In this document: in pieces, positions 8,922 through 19,464 of the stretch
Layout of the letters: the number at the start of each line of letters is the position of its first letter
How positions within the stretch are numbered: the first letter of the stretch is position 1
Assembly: GCA_022749995.1 (NCBI GenBank)
Contig: JAKIWO010000001.1
Location: 90,330-154,329, forward strand
Direction: 5' to 3'
Length of the DNA stretch: 64,000 nucleotides
DNA from: Thermoplasmata archaeon
GTDB lineage: Archaea; Thermoplasmatota; Thermoplasmata; Lutacidiplasmatales; UBA184
Made by a program: the position numbers and the translations under genes
Notes under the pieces: generated by a model
What the model saw: only the letters and a program-made list of their open reading frames with translations
The model's database searches: none
Told to the model about the DNA's origin: nothing

Positions 8922-9986
8922 ATGCAGGTACTGGCGCTGCTCGCCGTCGTCGTCGCCCTGGGCGCCGGTCTCGCTGCGGGGTGGTTGGCCCGCGGGCCCG
9001 GCGCTAGCTCGAACTCCTCCGGCTCGCCCGCCTCGACCTCCACGCTCCAGATCGTCGGGGCCGGCAGCCTCAACGCCGTCCTGCCTCCCATCGCCTCCGC
9101 CTTCGCCAACCAGACCCCCGGCGTGAGCGCACCGGCGGCCGCCCAGACCTACGAGGGCAGCATCACCGCGCTCAACTCGATCGCGCAGACCCACCAGGCC
9201 TACGACGTGGCACTCGCCGCCGATTACCGCCTCATCCCCCAGATCCTCGAGCCTACCTACGCCAGCTACGAGGTGATCTTCGCCTCCGACCCCGTCGTGC
9301 TGGCGTTCAGCCCCTCGGCAAGTGCGCTCGCCGGGATCACGGCCGGCAACTGGGCGACCAAGATCCAGTCCTCGGGCGTGATGCTCGGCGTGAGCAACGC
9401 CTCGACCGACCCGCTCGGGTACGCAGCGATCTTCACGCTCCAGCTCGAGGGCGAGCTGCAATCGAGCGACCTCACTTCCGTCTACTCCCACTTCTTCTCC
9501 GGGGCCCCCGGCAGCTTCGCGGTGCCGCTCTCCTCCTCCACACGGCTCTCACCGGAGACCCAGGCGGCCACCGAGCTCATGGGCGGCACGGTCCAGGTGT
9601 TCCTCCTCTACCAGTCGTACGCCGAGTCGGCGCACCTGAGCTTCCTCTCGCTCGACTGGAGGGTGAACCTGGGCTCGCTCAATGCGAGCGCCCTCTCCTA
9701 CTACGCCCAGGCCAGCACTGGCATCCTCAACGCGAGCCGGGCGGTGCACGTCGTCACCGGCGCACCGGTCCTGTTCGGCGCGACCGTGCCCACGAACGCC
9801 CCGAACCCCGCCCTCGGCCAGCTGTTCCTCGCCTTCCTGCTCTCTCCGGCCACGGCGCCCCAGCTCGCGAACGCCGGATTCGTTCCACTCCCCACCCCGT
9901 GGACGGACCACCTGTCCGCGCTGCCGAACGCGCTGGCGGCCACGACGCAGGCGCTGCCGGCGTCGCTCGCTTCGACGCTCCCTTGA
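8922..9986 (+). CDS. wtpA: Tungstate/molybdate ABC transporter substrate-binding protein (WtpA/ModA type)
   Basis: Signal/anchor MQVLALLAVVVALGAG, then LQIVGAGSL ... DVALAADYRLIP ... VSNASTDPLGY, which resembles the remembered Pyrococcus WtpA. The alternative start is the GTG at 8883. Confidence 0.8.
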   Translation: MQVLALLAVVVALGAGLAAGWLARGPGASSNSSGSPASTSTLQIVGAGSLNAVLPPIASAFANQTPGVSAPAAAQTYEGSITALNSIAQTHQAYDVALAADYRLIPQILEPTYASYEVIFASDPVVLAFSPSASALAGITAGNWATKIQSSGVMLGVSNASTDPLGYAAIFTLQLEGELQSSDLTSVYSHFFSGAPGSFAVPLSSSTRLSPETQAATELMGGTVQVFLLYQSYAESAHLSFLSLDWRVNLGSLNASALSYYAQASTGILNASRAVHVVTGAPVLFGATVPTNAPNPALGQLFLAFLLSPATAPQLANAGFVPLPTPWTDHLSALPNALAATTQALPASLASTLP

Positions 9987-10834
9987 GCACGGCTGCCCGG
10001 GCGCGCGCGGCCGCCCCGGGCGCGCTCGCGGGTGTCCTCTCGGCCTCCTTGCTCGGGCTCTTCCTCCTGCCGGTCTGGGCGCTCCTCGGTTTCGCCACGC
10101 CGGCCGGCATCGTCCACGAAAGCTCGGACCCGCAGTTCTGGGCCGCGCTGGACGTCACGCTCCAGGCGAGCGCCATCGCGGTCGCGGCCTCCCTCCTGCT
10201 CGGGGTGCCGCTCGGCTACCTGCTCGCCCGCAAGCGGTTCCCGGGAAAGGCGGTGATCCGCTCGGTCGTGCTGCTCCCCGTGATGATCCCGCACCTGGTG
10301 GCCGGGCTCGCGCTGTTCCTGTGGATCGAGCCGGGCGGGACGGTCTACCGGATCGCCCATTGGGCCGGGGTGCCGCTGCTCGACTCGATCTGGGCGGTGG
10401 CGCTCGTGATGGTGTACGTCGGGGCCTCCTACACCGTCCTGGCCAGCGAGTTCGCCTTCCGGTCGGTCGAGGAGGACGCGCTCGAGGCAGCCCGCTCGCT
10501 GGGGGCGAGCCGGACCGACGCCTTCCTCGACGTCACCTTGCCGACCGCCGGACGGGGGATCCTGACCGGAGCGCTCCTCACCTGGGCCCGCGGCGTGAGC
10601 GAGATCGGAGCGTTCCTCATCCTGGCCTACGCGGTCTATCCGGGAGCGGGCTACACTGGTCCCGTGACGAGCCCGGTCTCGGTCTACATCTACAATCTGT
10701 ACGGGCTCAACCTGCACGCGGCGGCCGCGGCGGCGTCCCTGCTATTGCTGCTCGCGCTGGCGGCGTTCCTGGCCGTCCAGCTGTTCGAGCGCTGGGGCCG
10801 GCTACCCTGGCGCCGCGGGGAGGTGGGGGCGTGA
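9983..10834 (+). CDS. wtpB: Tungstate/molybdate ABC transporter permease
   Basis: Multi-TM protein with an EAA loop ([22 protein letters not shown]). The TTG start at 9983 overlaps the wtpA stop (TTGA). Confidence 0.85.
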   Translation: MSTAARARAAAPGALAGVLSASLLGLFLLPVWALLGFATPAGIVHESSDPQFWAALDVTLQASAIAVAASLLLGVPLGYLLARKRFPGKAVIRSVVLLPVMIPHLVAGLALFLWIEPGGTVYRIAHWAGVPLLDSIWAVALVMVYVGASYTVLASEFAFRSVEEDALEAARSLGASRTDAFLDVTLPTAGRGILTGALLTWARGVSEIGAFLILAYAVYPGAGYTGPVTSPVSVYIYNLYGLNLHAAAAAASLLLLLALAAFLAVQLFERWGRLPWRRGEVGA

Positions 10835-11832
10835 GCGGGCTCGAGGTGGAAGATCTCGTGGTCCCGCGAGGGGCGTTCCGCCTAGGACCCACACGACTAG
10901 CGACCGCACCGGGAACGGTCACGGCGCTGATCGGGCCGAACGGAGCGGGCAAGACGACCCTGCTCCGGGCCATCGCGGGATTCGAGCGCCCGACTCAGGG
11001 GACGGTCCGCCTGGACGGGAAGGAACTCGGTCCGCTCCCGCCCGAAGAGCGGGGCATCGGCTGGGTCCCGGCCGGCCTCGGGCTCCTGGCGCACCGGCGG
11101 GTCGAGGAGAACGTCCGGTACGGTCTTGATCTTCGGGGCGACCCCGCCGCGCGGGAGAAGGGACGCGCGTGGACGGAGCGGCTCGGGCTTTCCGAGCTCG
11201 CGCGCCGGTATCCCCGTCAACTGAGCTCTGGGGAACGGCAACGGGTGGCAATCGCCCGTGCGCTGGCCGTCGAACCTTCGCTCCTGCTGCTCGACGAGCC
11301 CACCGCAGCGCTCGACGCCGATGCGCGGGAAGCCCTGGTTCGGACCCTGCGCGAGCTGCTCGCAGGGGAGTCGGTGGCGTTGCTACTCGTCGCCCACGAC
11401 GCGCCCACCGCGCTCGCATTGGCCGACCGCGTGCACCTGCTCGAACGGGGGGCGAGCCGATTCGACGGCACGCTCTCGGAGCTCCTCGAGCGACCCCCCA
11501 ATCGTTTCGCCGCCCGCTTCCTCGGGTTCGAGAACGTGCTGCCTCCCGAGGCCCTCAGCGCTCCCACGGCAGGGGCGATCGAACGACGGCTGTCGGCGCT
11601 GGCCGGTCCGGGCGGAGTGGCCGTACCGGCGCGCTCGCTCCGGGTCCGTGCCGGAGGAGACGGACCGGAAGCCCGGCTTCGCGCCCGTCGCGGCGGCCCC
11701 CGGACCGTGCTCGTTGAGCTCGCGGGCCTCTCCCTCTTGGGGGAGGCCGATCCAGCGCAGCCGCTTCCTTCCGTGGGCGGTACGGTGCACCTCGAGCTGG
11801 AGGAGGGGGAGGTCCGTGCCATCACCGCCTAA
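10831..11832 (+). CDS. wtpC: Tungstate/molybdate ABC transporter ATP-binding protein
   Basis: Walker A GPNGAGKT, signature LSSGERQRV, Walker B LLLLDEP. The GTG at 10831 overlaps the wtpB stop (GTGA). Confidence 0.9.
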   Translation: MSGLEVEDLVVPRGAFRLGPTRLATAPGTVTALIGPNGAGKTTLLRAIAGFERPTQGTVRLDGKELGPLPPEERGIGWVPAGLGLLAHRRVEENVRYGLDLRGDPAAREKGRAWTERLGLSELARRYPRQLSSGERQRVAIARALAVEPSLLLLDEPTAALDADAREALVRTLRELLAGESVALLLVAHDAPTALALADRVHLLERGASRFDGTLSELLERPPNRFAARFLGFENVLPPEALSAPTAGAIERRLSALAGPGGVAVPARSLRVRAGGDGPEARLRARRGGPRTVLVELAGLSLLGEADPAQPLPSVGGTVHLELEEGEVRAITA

Positions 11833-12484
11833 CCGACGGGGCCGAGCGGACCGGGTCCGTCCCTGGCTGACGCCCGTCGATCGGCTCCTCCTCGAATCGT
11901 TGACCCGTTCCCCTTCGGTGGCCGCGGCCTGCCGCCGAGCGGGCCTCACCCGGGATCGAGGAAACTACCGGCTCCGGCGGCTCGCCTCCGGCTTCGGTGG
12001 GCCGGTGGTCCACGGACGCCGGGGCGGACGGGGGGTCGGGGGCTCGCAGCTGACCCGCTTGGGTCGGACGCTGCTGGCGCGGGCCCGCGAGGGCACCCCG
12101 GCTACCGCCCGCCCGAACCGGTTCACCGGCACGTACCGGAGCGGGCCTCCACCCCGGCTCGAGTTGGAGGGAGGACCGGCCTTGGTGGTTGCGTTCCGCG
12201 CGCCGGAGGGAACGCGGCAAGCCGTGCGGTTCGACCCGGAGACGATCCTCCTCGCGCGGAGGCGCTTTGAGTCGAGCGCGCGCAACGTGCTCGAGGCCCG
12301 CGTGGTCCATGTGCGAGGTCGGGGAACCGAGCGGGTGGAGCTCACGCTGGGGGTGGGAGGCCAGCGGCTACGCGCTGCGATCACGCCGGCCGCCGTGGAG
12401 CGGCTCGAGGTGCGGTCCGGCCGCCGGCTCTGGATCTATCTCAAGGCGACCGCGTTGCACCGGGAGGCGGCGGGGCCGCGCTAG
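11816..12484 (+). CDS. ModE-like regulator (N-terminal HTH plus C-terminal TOBE/Mop domain)
   Basis: The HTH region is [39 protein letters not shown]. The TOBE-like region is [13 protein letters not shown]...[16 protein letters not shown]...[10 protein letters not shown]. The start (GTG at 11816) is uncertain. Confidence 0.7.
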   Translation: MPSPPNRRGRADRVRPWLTPVDRLLLESLTRSPSVAAACRRAGLTRDRGNYRLRRLASGFGGPVVHGRRGGRGVGGSQLTRLGRTLLARAREGTPATARPNRFTGTYRSGPPPRLELEGGPALVVAFRAPEGTRQAVRFDPETILLARRRFESSARNVLEARVVHVRGRGTERVELTLGVGGQRLRAAITPAAVERLEVRSGRRLWIYLKATALHREAAGPR

Positions 12485-13464
12485 TCCCGGATCCCCTCGG
12501 CGGTCACCGAGAAGACCGCCTCCCCCTCGGGGAGGTTGGGCGAGTCGATGAGCCGGGCGATCCGCTTCGGCGGCTTGGACTTGCGGAGGTAGACCCGGTA
12601 GGTCGCCGCGTGGGCGACGATGTTCCCGCCAATGGGCCGGGTCGGGTCGCCGAACATGATGTCCGGCCGCGCCGAGACTTGGTTCGAGACGACGATGGCG
12701 GCGTTGTACGTATCGGCGAAGCGCAGCAGCTCGTGCAGGTGCTTGTTCAGCAGCTGCTGGCGGGGCGCGAGCTCGGCACGACCGGCGTACTCGGCGCGGA
12801 AATGCGCGGTCAGCGAGTCGACCACGAGGAGCCGGATCGGCTTGGTCCGGGCAAGCTCCTGCGCCTTGGTGACGAGGAGCATCTGGTGGTTGGAGTTGAA
12901 CGCACGGGCGATGTGGATGCGCGAGAGCGCCACCTCCGGCTCGAGGCCCACGGCATTGGCCATGTCCACGATCCGCTCCGGCCGGAACGTGCTCTCGGTG
13001 TCGATGTACACGACCTCGCCGGCGAGCCCGCCCTGGTCGGCGGGGAGTTGCACCATCACGGCGGCCTGGTGACCGATCTGGGTTTTGCCGCTCCCGAACT
13101 CTCCCGCGAACTCGGTGATCGCCTGGGTCTCGATCCCGCCGCCCAGGAGCTCGTCGAGTGCCTTGGAGTTGGAGCTGATCCGGCCCAACAGTCGGCGACG
13201 CTCCAGGAGCGCCGTGCCCGCCTCGAAGCCTCCGACGTCGGCCTGCCGCCGCGCCTCGCCGATGATGTGGAGCGCGATCTGGGTCCCGATCTCGGCCGCC
13301 TCGGCCACATCTCCGGGGGAGGCGACGGCGAGCTCCATCAGGTCGGTGTACCCCGCCTCGCGCAGCTTCTCGGCAGTGGTCGGGCCGACGCCGGGCAGGT
13401 CCTCGAGGGCGACGGTGTGCTTCTCCTCCTCGACCGGGGGCCGGCTCGCGGCCTTGGCGGGCAT
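12481..13464 (-). CDS. radA: DNA repair and recombination protein RadA
   Basis: N-terminal HhH ([20 protein letters not shown]), Walker [10 protein letters not shown], and full-length RadA architecture. Confidence 0.95.
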   Translation of the reverse strand: MPAKAASRPPVEEEKHTVALEDLPGVGPTTAEKLREAGYTDLMELAVASPGDVAEAAEIGTQIALHIIGEARRQADVGGFEAGTALLERRRLLGRISSNSKALDELLGGGIETQAITEFAGEFGSGKTQIGHQAAVMVQLPADQGGLAGEVVYIDTESTFRPERIVDMANAVGLEPEVALSRIHIARAFNSNHQMLLVTKAQELARTKPIRLLVVDSLTAHFRAEYAGRAELAPRQQLLNKHLHELLRFADTYNAAIVVSNQVSARPDIMFGDPTRPIGGNIVAHAATYRVYLRKSKPPKRIARLIDSPNLPEGEAVFSVTAEGIRD

Positions 13465-13495
13465 GGGGCGATGGACTCGGTTTTACGGTATAAGG

Positions 13496-14476
13496 CTAGG
13501 CGGGAGGGCGAGAAACGCCCGCCCCGTCGGGGGCCGCCAGGGGGTGGAATGCGGTGCCGGTGAGCCGCTGGAAGACGGTCGTGTACAGTCGACTCACCTC
13601 GTCCACCAGGAGCGGTGGGAGCGCCGGGATGGGGGGCTCCTCGCCCCCGTTCTCCCGCGCCTTCTGCAACTGCTCGAAGTAGCCGGTGGTTCGGTAGTGC
13701 TGCCGGACGAACTCCTTGGAGAACTCCACGAACCGACCCCGCTCGAAAGCGCCGCGGTCCCAGAACCGGTCCTCGTCGGCCGTGCCGAAGGTGTCGACCA
13801 GCATCAGCTGGCCCGAGGGGTCGACGGCGAACTCCTTCTTCCCGTCGACGTGCAGGAGCCCCCGCGGCTCCACCTCGCGGCTCATCGCCGCATCGATCTT
13901 GAGGATCGCCTCGCGGATCTCCTCCTTCTGCGCCGTCTCGAGTACGGCCAGCTCGAGCGCCTCGGGCCACTCGAGCGGACGGTCGACCGGCTCGAGCTTG
14001 GTGGTGACCTCGAACATCGGCTCGGGCAGCACGTCGCCGTACTGCACGGCCCTACCGGCCGGGAAGCCGATCGCCTCCGGCCGGATCTTGCCGGCCTTGA
14101 ACCGGTCCCACAGTGAACCGGCGACGTAGTAGCGGACGATGAACTCGAGCGGCACCAGATAGTCGACGGGCTTGGGTCCCAGCGACCGCGGCTTCGGCAC
14201 CACCCGGACCCGCCGTACCCGCATCGCCGTGGGGCCCGACAGTTCGAGGAAGTGGTGGGGGAGGCCGAGCTTCGAGCAGAGCTCGAACCAGTGGGCGCTC
14301 GTCCGGGCGAGCGTCTCGCCCTTGTGCGGGATCTCGCTCGGGATGTGCTTGTCGAACACCGAAATGTCGTTCGTGAACCGGAACTCGAGCTCGCTTGGCG
14401 AGAGCTCCCAGACCTCCTTGACCTTCCCGCGGCGGAGATACTTGGGCGCGCCCGGCGGCGTTGCGCGGGGAACCAT
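13496..14476 (-). CDS. purC: Phosphoribosylaminoimidazole-succinocarboxamide (SAICAR) synthase
   Basis: GKVKEVW...FTNDISVFD...LVPLEFIVRYYVAGS...HVDGKKEF...LVDTFGTADEDRFW. The ORF was trimmed to the ATG at 14476. Confidence 0.9.
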   Translation of the reverse strand: MVPRATPPGAPKYLRRGKVKEVWELSPSELEFRFTNDISVFDKHIPSEIPHKGETLARTSAHWFELCSKLGLPHHFLELSGPTAMRVRRVRVVPKPRSLGPKPVDYLVPLEFIVRYYVAGSLWDRFKAGKIRPEAIGFPAGRAVQYGDVLPEPMFEVTTKLEPVDRPLEWPEALELAVLETAQKEEIREAILKIDAAMSREVEPRGLLHVDGKKEFAVDPSGQLMLVDTFGTADEDRFWDRGAFERGRFVEFSKEFVRQHYRTTGYFEQLQKARENGGEEPPIPALPPLLVDEVSRLYTTVFQRLTGTAFHPLAAPDGAGVSRPPA

Positions 14477-14592
14477 GCGCGGGGAGCCGAGCCGGACTAC
14501 TTGAGCGTACGGCCCTGGTTTCCCGGGATAGGTTGAATACGACGCCGCACGGACGCTACCCCGTGACGCCCACCGCAACCGGCGGCGTCACG

Positions 14593-15228
14593 ATGGAGTC
14601 GCTCCGCCCCGGCTCGCTCGCCGAGATCTCCGGGCAGACGGCCGCGATCGACCGGCTGCGTTCTCTCGTCGAGGGAATGCGTCGAGGCACCGTGGTCCCA
14701 CCTCACCTGCTCCTGGTGGGACCGCCGGGGGTCGGCAAGACCACGGCGGCCCGGGCGTACGCGCGGGAGGTGCTCTCCGGCGACTGGGAGAACAGCTTCC
14801 ACCAGCTGGCCGCCTCCGACGACCGGAGTTTCCGGCTCATCGCGGACCGGATCCTTCCACTGACCCGGCGGGCACCGAGTCGCGGCGCCCGGCTGCGGAT
14901 CATCTTCTTCGACGAGGCGGACCTGCTCCCGCCGGAATCCCAGGATGCGCTGCGACCGGCGCTCGAGGTCGACGCCGGAGTCTGCCAGTTCGTGCTGGCA
15001 TGCAACGAGGTGGAGCGACTCTCGCCGCCGATCCGCTCCCGGTGCGTCGAGCTAGAGTTCCACACGATCGGTGAGGCCGAGATGCATCGGCTGCTGCGCA
15101 TCGCCCTTGCCAAGACACGGTTCCAGGTCGGGGAATCCGAGCTCGCCGCGATCGTTTCGGCCGCCGGCGGAATCCCACGCGAGGCGGTCAAGCTCCTCGT
15201 GGAGCAGTTCGCCCGGCTCCCCACCTGA
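14593..15228 (+). CDS. Replication factor C small-subunit-like AAA+ protein lacking the C-terminal collar domain
   Basis: Walker A GPPGVGKT, Walker B FFDEAD, and the SRC motif (IRSRCVELEF). It stops after the lid domain at 211 aa. Confidence 0.75.
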   Translation: MESLRPGSLAEISGQTAAIDRLRSLVEGMRRGTVVPPHLLLVGPPGVGKTTAARAYAREVLSGDWENSFHQLAASDDRSFRLIADRILPLTRRAPSRGARLRIIFFDEADLLPPESQDALRPALEVDAGVCQFVLACNEVERLSPPIRSRCVELEFHTIGEAEMHRLLRIALAKTRFQVGESELAAIVSAAGGIPREAVKLLVEQFARLPT

Positions 15229-15249
15229 CGGGGCAATCGCTGGGCGAGG

Positions 15250-15765
15250 CTAGAGCGTCTTGGCGTGCAACGCGGTGATCGGGCGGAAGCCCCGTTTGGC
15301 GTAGAACTTCCCCGCGATCTCGTTCTGGTTGGGGAACTCTGCGGTGACGATCCCGGCGCCCAGCTCGGCCAGCCGCCGAGTCGTCTCGCCGAGCAGGTAC
15401 TCCCCCACGCCGTGGCGGCGGTAGAGCGGAAGTAGGTAGATGTCGAGGATGACGCCCTCCTTCTCGGGCGTGTAGAAGGGCCGCTCGCGCACCGTGGCGC
15501 GCACGACGCCGACCAGCTTGCCGTGGTCCGGCCCACTTCCTTCGGCGGCGAGCAGCACCGATTGCGGGTTCTCCAGGTCCGCCGCGAGTACCGCGGCCGC
15601 CTTCTCCTCGGCGTCCGCGCGGACCTTGAGCAGGGGGTCGAACTCCTCGTTGAGCCGCTTGAGCCGCAACAGGAGCGGCACCAGGTGCGGCAGATCCTCC
15701 CTCCGCGCGGGCCGCAGCCGTATCCGGTCCCCTCCGCCGTGGTCGCCGGCGTGCGGTTCGCTCAT
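15250..15765 (-). CDS. GNAT family N-acetyltransferase
   Basis: The acetyl-CoA motif region YRRHGVGEYLLGETTRRLAELG, ending in the typical FYAKRGFRP. Confidence 0.8.
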   Translation of the reverse strand: MSEPHAGDHGGGDRIRLRPARREDLPHLVPLLLRLKRLNEEFDPLLKVRADAEEKAAAVLAADLENPQSVLLAAEGSGPDHGKLVGVVRATVRERPFYTPEKEGVILDIYLLPLYRRHGVGEYLLGETTRRLAELGAGIVTAEFPNQNEIAGKFYAKRGFRPITALHAKTL

Positions 15766-15772
15766 GGAACGT

Positions 15773-17170
15773 TCACCGATTCCCCTCCTCCGGCATCGAG
15801 CGGATGAGGCCCGCGTCGCTCAGCGCCTTGGCCAGCGCCGCAGGTCGGGCCATCCGGGTGCGGGCTCGCTCGAGGAACTCCTCGTGGGAGAGCTTGCGCC
15901 GCGCGATCCCGAGGCGCACCGCTTCGGTCGCCACCGCGGCGGCCACGAACGGGAACACCTCCCGCTCCTCCATCGTGGGGAGCAGGTGCTCGGGGGTCAG
16001 GCCCTGGTCGGCCGCGTGCCGGGCGAGCTCCTGGGCCGCCGCGAGTACGATCTCGTCGGGGATGCGGCTCGCCCGCGCATCGAGCACTCCGCGGAAGACG
16101 GCGGGGAAGACGAGGGAGTTGTTCACCTGGTTCGGGAAGTCGCCTCGGCCCGTCGCCACGATGGCGGCGCCGGCCTCGCGGGCGGTCGCCGGCCAGATCT
16201 CGGGGACGGGGTTGGCGAGCGCGAACACGACCGGACCCGGGTGCATCGACCGGACCATCTCCGCGCGGACCGTGTTCGGGTCGGGCGTGGAGGCAGCGAT
16301 CAGCACGTCGGCATCGACGAGCGCGTCGGCGAGGCTCCCGCGCCGTCCCCCGCCGCGGGTCTGCAGGGCGAGCCGGTACTTCCACGGATTGCGCACCGAG
16401 AGCTCGTCCAAGTCCTCCCGCTCGGCGTCGAGGATCCCCTTGTGATCGACCACCGAGAGGAGATGCGGGTCGTGGCCCAGCGCGACGAGGAGCCGCGCGG
16501 TGACGACGTTGGCGGCTCCCGCGCCCAGCAACACGCTCCGGACCTCCTGGAGCGAGCGTCCGGTCAGCGTCAGGGCGTTCAGCAGCCCGGCGACGGTGGC
16601 CGCCGCCGTACCGAGCTGGTCGTCGTGCCAAACCGGGATCGGCAAGCGCCGCGCCAGCTCCTCGAGCACGTAGAAGCACTTCGGCGAGGCGATGTCCTCG
16701 AGATTGATCCCCCCGAAGGCCGGGGAGAGCCGGAGCACTGTCTCGACGAGCTCCTCGGCCGATTTCACACGGATCGGAATGGGCACGGCGTCGACGCCGC
16801 CGAGCGTCTTGAACAGCAGCGCCTTGCCCTCCATGACCGGCAGGGCCGCCTCCGGACCGATGTCGCCCAGGCCCAGCACCCGGCTGCCGTCGGTGACGAT
16901 CGCGATGGTGTTCGCTCGGCCCGTGAGCTCGAAGGCGAGGTCGGGCTCCTGCCGGATCTCCTCCGATACGGAGGCGATGCCGGGGGTGTACCATACGGAG
17001 AAATCCTCGAGGCTGCGGACCGGCACCGTGGGCACCGTCTCCATCTTGCCGTGGTAGAAGCGGGCCAGCCGGACCGCGCGGCGGCCGAGCTCGAGCGTCT
17101 GGTTCGCCTCCGCCTCGGCCGAGGAGGGCTCGGCGCTGTCGGTCGGAGGGGAACGGGCAGTCCCTCCCAT
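15773..17170 (-). CDS. NAD(P)-dependent malic enzyme
   Basis: VWYTPGIA...AIVTDGSRVLGLGDIGPEAALPVMEGKALLFK...GGINLEDI...LGAGAA is the typical short-type malic enzyme pattern. Confidence 0.9.
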   Translation of the reverse strand: MGGTARSPPTDSAEPSSAEAEANQTLELGRRAVRLARFYHGKMETVPTVPVRSLEDFSVWYTPGIASVSEEIRQEPDLAFELTGRANTIAIVTDGSRVLGLGDIGPEAALPVMEGKALLFKTLGGVDAVPIPIRVKSAEELVETVLRLSPAFGGINLEDIASPKCFYVLEELARRLPIPVWHDDQLGTAAATVAGLLNALTLTGRSLQEVRSVLLGAGAANVVTARLLVALGHDPHLLSVVDHKGILDAEREDLDELSVRNPWKYRLALQTRGGGRRGSLADALVDADVLIAASTPDPNTVRAEMVRSMHPGPVVFALANPVPEIWPATAREAGAAIVATGRGDFPNQVNNSLVFPAVFRGVLDARASRIPDEIVLAAAQELARHAADQGLTPEHLLPTMEEREVFPFVAAAVATEAVRLGIARRKLSHEEFLERARTRMARPAALAKALSDAGLIRSMPEEGNR

Positions 17171-17319
17171 CTTGGAGCCCGAAAAGCACCCGGGACGGAC
17201 TTAACCGTTTGCATTTCGACGAATCCCTCCTTCGTCGATTGACGATTCTCGGGACGGAAGGGGGCCCCTGCGGGACCCCTCCCCCGGAACGCTAAGGCCG
17301 CGACGTCGTAGACGCCGTT

Positions 17320-18402
17320 GTGCCCGAGGAGCACGCGCTCCCCCATCCGTTCCCTCGCGCGCCGTCGGAGGAGCCGGTCCGGCTCGTCGCCGCCGCCGAG
17401 CTGGTGCGTGAGATCGATGGACCCGACCCGCCGGTGCTGGTGGACGTCCGCCCGGCGTTCGAGCGAGCGATCACCCACCTCGAGAGGGACCGGTCGATCC
17501 CCCTAGCGGAACTTCCGTCCCGGCTCTCGGAGCTCCCGCGCGGCCATCGGATCGTGGTGTACGACCACCTCGGAGCGGTGGCGGTCCGAGCGGCGCAGTT
17601 CCTGGCAAGGGCCGGGTTCGCTTCGGTCGCCGCGCTCGAAGGAGGCATCGATGAGCTGGCCCGGCTCGAGCGACCCGAGCTCGGGCGATATGCGGCCCCC
17701 GGAGCAGCCGATGGGGTGTTCCTGGTGCAGCTGCCTCGGCCGTCCACCGGATGCCTGGCCTACCTGCTCGCGGACCTGGACGAGCGACGTGCGATCATCG
17801 TCGACCCCGGCGCCGAGCCGGAGCCCTACCTCGGCTGGCTCAAGGAGCGAGCGTGGACCCTGGGGGCGATCGTGGAGACGCACACGCACGCCGACCACCG
17901 GGCCGGCCACGCCGCGCTCTCGGCGCGTACGGGGGCGCGGATCTACCTCTCGGCCCAGTCGCCTGCGGCCTACCCCCACCTGCGGCTCTCCCAGGGGGAA
18001 GAGCTTCGGTTCGGGCGCCACGCGATGGAGATCCTCGAGACCCCCGGCCACACGCAGGACCATCTGTCGTTGCGGGTGGGCGGGCGAGTCTTCACGGGCG
18101 ACACGCTGCTGCTCGGCTCCTGCGGGCGCACCGACCTCGGGGACGGAGACCCGGAGCGGCTCTGGGAGAGCCTGACCCAGAAGCTGCTCGCCTTGCCGGC
18201 GGCGACCGAAGTGTACCCCGCGCACTACGGACCCCGGCATGCGCTCCCGCAGCGCTACGTCTCGACGATCGGTATCGAACGGAGCACCAACGAGGCGCTG
18301 ACCCAAGGCTCCCGCGAGGCGTTCCTGCAGTACATGACCTCGGGATGGCCACCCAAGCCCGAGGAGTTCGACCGGATCGTCCACGAGAATCTCTCTGGGT
18401 AG
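17320..18402 (+). CDS. Rhodanese-homology domain fused to an MBL-fold hydrolase (persulfide dioxygenase/ETHE1-like)
   Basis: The N-terminal rhodanese-like fold lacks the active-site Cys (IVVYDHLGAV). The MBL motif ETHTHADH is present, followed by TPGHT and GDTLLLGSCGRTDL. Confidence 0.8.
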   Translation: MPEEHALPHPFPRAPSEEPVRLVAAAELVREIDGPDPPVLVDVRPAFERAITHLERDRSIPLAELPSRLSELPRGHRIVVYDHLGAVAVRAAQFLARAGFASVAALEGGIDELARLERPELGRYAAPGAADGVFLVQLPRPSTGCLAYLLADLDERRAIIVDPGAEPEPYLGWLKERAWTLGAIVETHTHADHRAGHAALSARTGARIYLSAQSPAAYPHLRLSQGEELRFGRHAMEILETPGHTQDHLSLRVGGRVFTGDTLLLGSCGRTDLGDGDPERLWESLTQKLLALPAATEVYPAHYGPRHALPQRYVSTIGIERSTNEALTQGSREAFLQYMTSGWPPKPEEFDRIVHENLSG

Positions 18403-18483
18403 GCGCCTTGTCGCCGGCGCAACCGCGTTTCTCGGGCTGCCGGCGGCGTCACGGTTAAACGGCTCCTCGCCCGGCTCTCCCTC

Positions 18484-19464
18484 GTGATCCCCCTCGCGAC
18501 GAGCCTCACCGGCCCGTTCCCCCGCCCGGAGACCGTCGTCGCCGCGACGCGCGACCTGGACCGGGGACGCGCCCGGCCGGAAGAGGTGGAAGCCGCCTAC
18601 CGTGCGGCCGAGCGGGAACTCGTCGGCCTCGAACGGGAGCTCGGCCTACTCCCCAGGACCGGGGGGTACCTCCGCTGGCCGGATCTGTTCCGGCCGTTCG
18701 CGAGCGGCTGGCGCGGACTCGAGGTGGGCCCGCTCACCCGCTGGTTCGAGACGAACACGTTCTATCGACAACCCATCCTGCGTCACCCCCCCGAACGTAC
18801 GCCGGGTGCCCTGAGCGCCTGGCTGCCCGCCGCGACGACGTCGCTGCCGGCGTCCGAGGCCAAGGTCATCCTTCCCGGACCGTACACGTTCGCCGAACTC
18901 CTCGACAACCAGTCCGGCGAGACCTCGCTCTCGCTGATCCATCGGCTGGGTCGCCTGCTGTCGGAGGAGATCCGGGAGCTGCGGTCGCTCGGCTACGGCC
19001 AGTTCCAGTTCCAAGAGCCGCTCCTCGTACTCCGGCCACCGGAAGGACCGGCGGCCGAGAGCGTCCGGGCCGCCTACCGGGCGCTCGCCGATGCGCTCGG
19101 CCCGTCGGAGAGCGCGTTGTGGACCTTCTTCGGGGATGCCGCTCCCACCTTCCCGCTGCTCGCGTCGCTGCCGGTCAGCTACGTCGGCATCGACCTCGCC
19201 GAGACCGACCCCGACGCCCTCTCGGCGCCGCAGGGCCTTCCCGGGCTGGGCCTGGGCTGCATCGACCCCCGGACCACGCTCGTCGAGGAGCCGGCCGAGC
19301 TGGCTCGGATCGTCGCCCGGACGGTCGAGCGGCTACACCCGCGACGCATCACCTTGGGCCCGGGCGCGGCGCTCGACCTGCTGCCGTGGCCTGCGGCGGT
19401 GCGCAAGCTCCGCATGCTGCCGAAAGCGAGGGCCGAGATTGTGTCCACCGGAGCGGCCGGATGA
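18484..19464 (+). CDS. Cobalamin-independent methionine synthase family protein, N-terminal-half-like and lacking the Zn ligands
   Basis: A UROD/MetE-like barrel pattern (GPFPRP ... TRWFETNTFYRQP ... ILPGPYTF) with no HxC / C zinc ligands. Confidence 0.65.
   Translation: MIPLATSLTGPFPRPETVVAATRDLDRGRARPEEVEAAYRAAERELVGLERELGLLPRTGGYLRWPDLFRPFASGWRGLEVGPLTRWFETNTFYRQPILRHPPERTPGALSAWLPAATTSLPASEAKVILPGPYTFAELLDNQSGETSLSLIHRLGRLLSEEIRELRSLGYGQFQFQEPLLVLRPPEGPAAESVRAAYRALADALGPSESALWTFFGDAAPTFPLLASLPVSYVGIDLAETDPDALSAPQGLPGLGLGCIDPRTTLVEEPAELARIVARTVERLHPRRITLGPGAALDLLPWPAAVRKLRMLPKARAEIVSTGAAG

Noticed and set aside
9682-11832. 716-aa ORF as a single protein
   Set aside because: Only the last 333 codons (from the GTG at 10831) form the ABC ATPase. 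The upstream part is an alternative frame over wtpA and wtpB.
15494-17242. 582-aa plus-strand ORF
   Set aside because: It is antisense to the malic enzyme and GNAT genes, with shadow-ORF composition.
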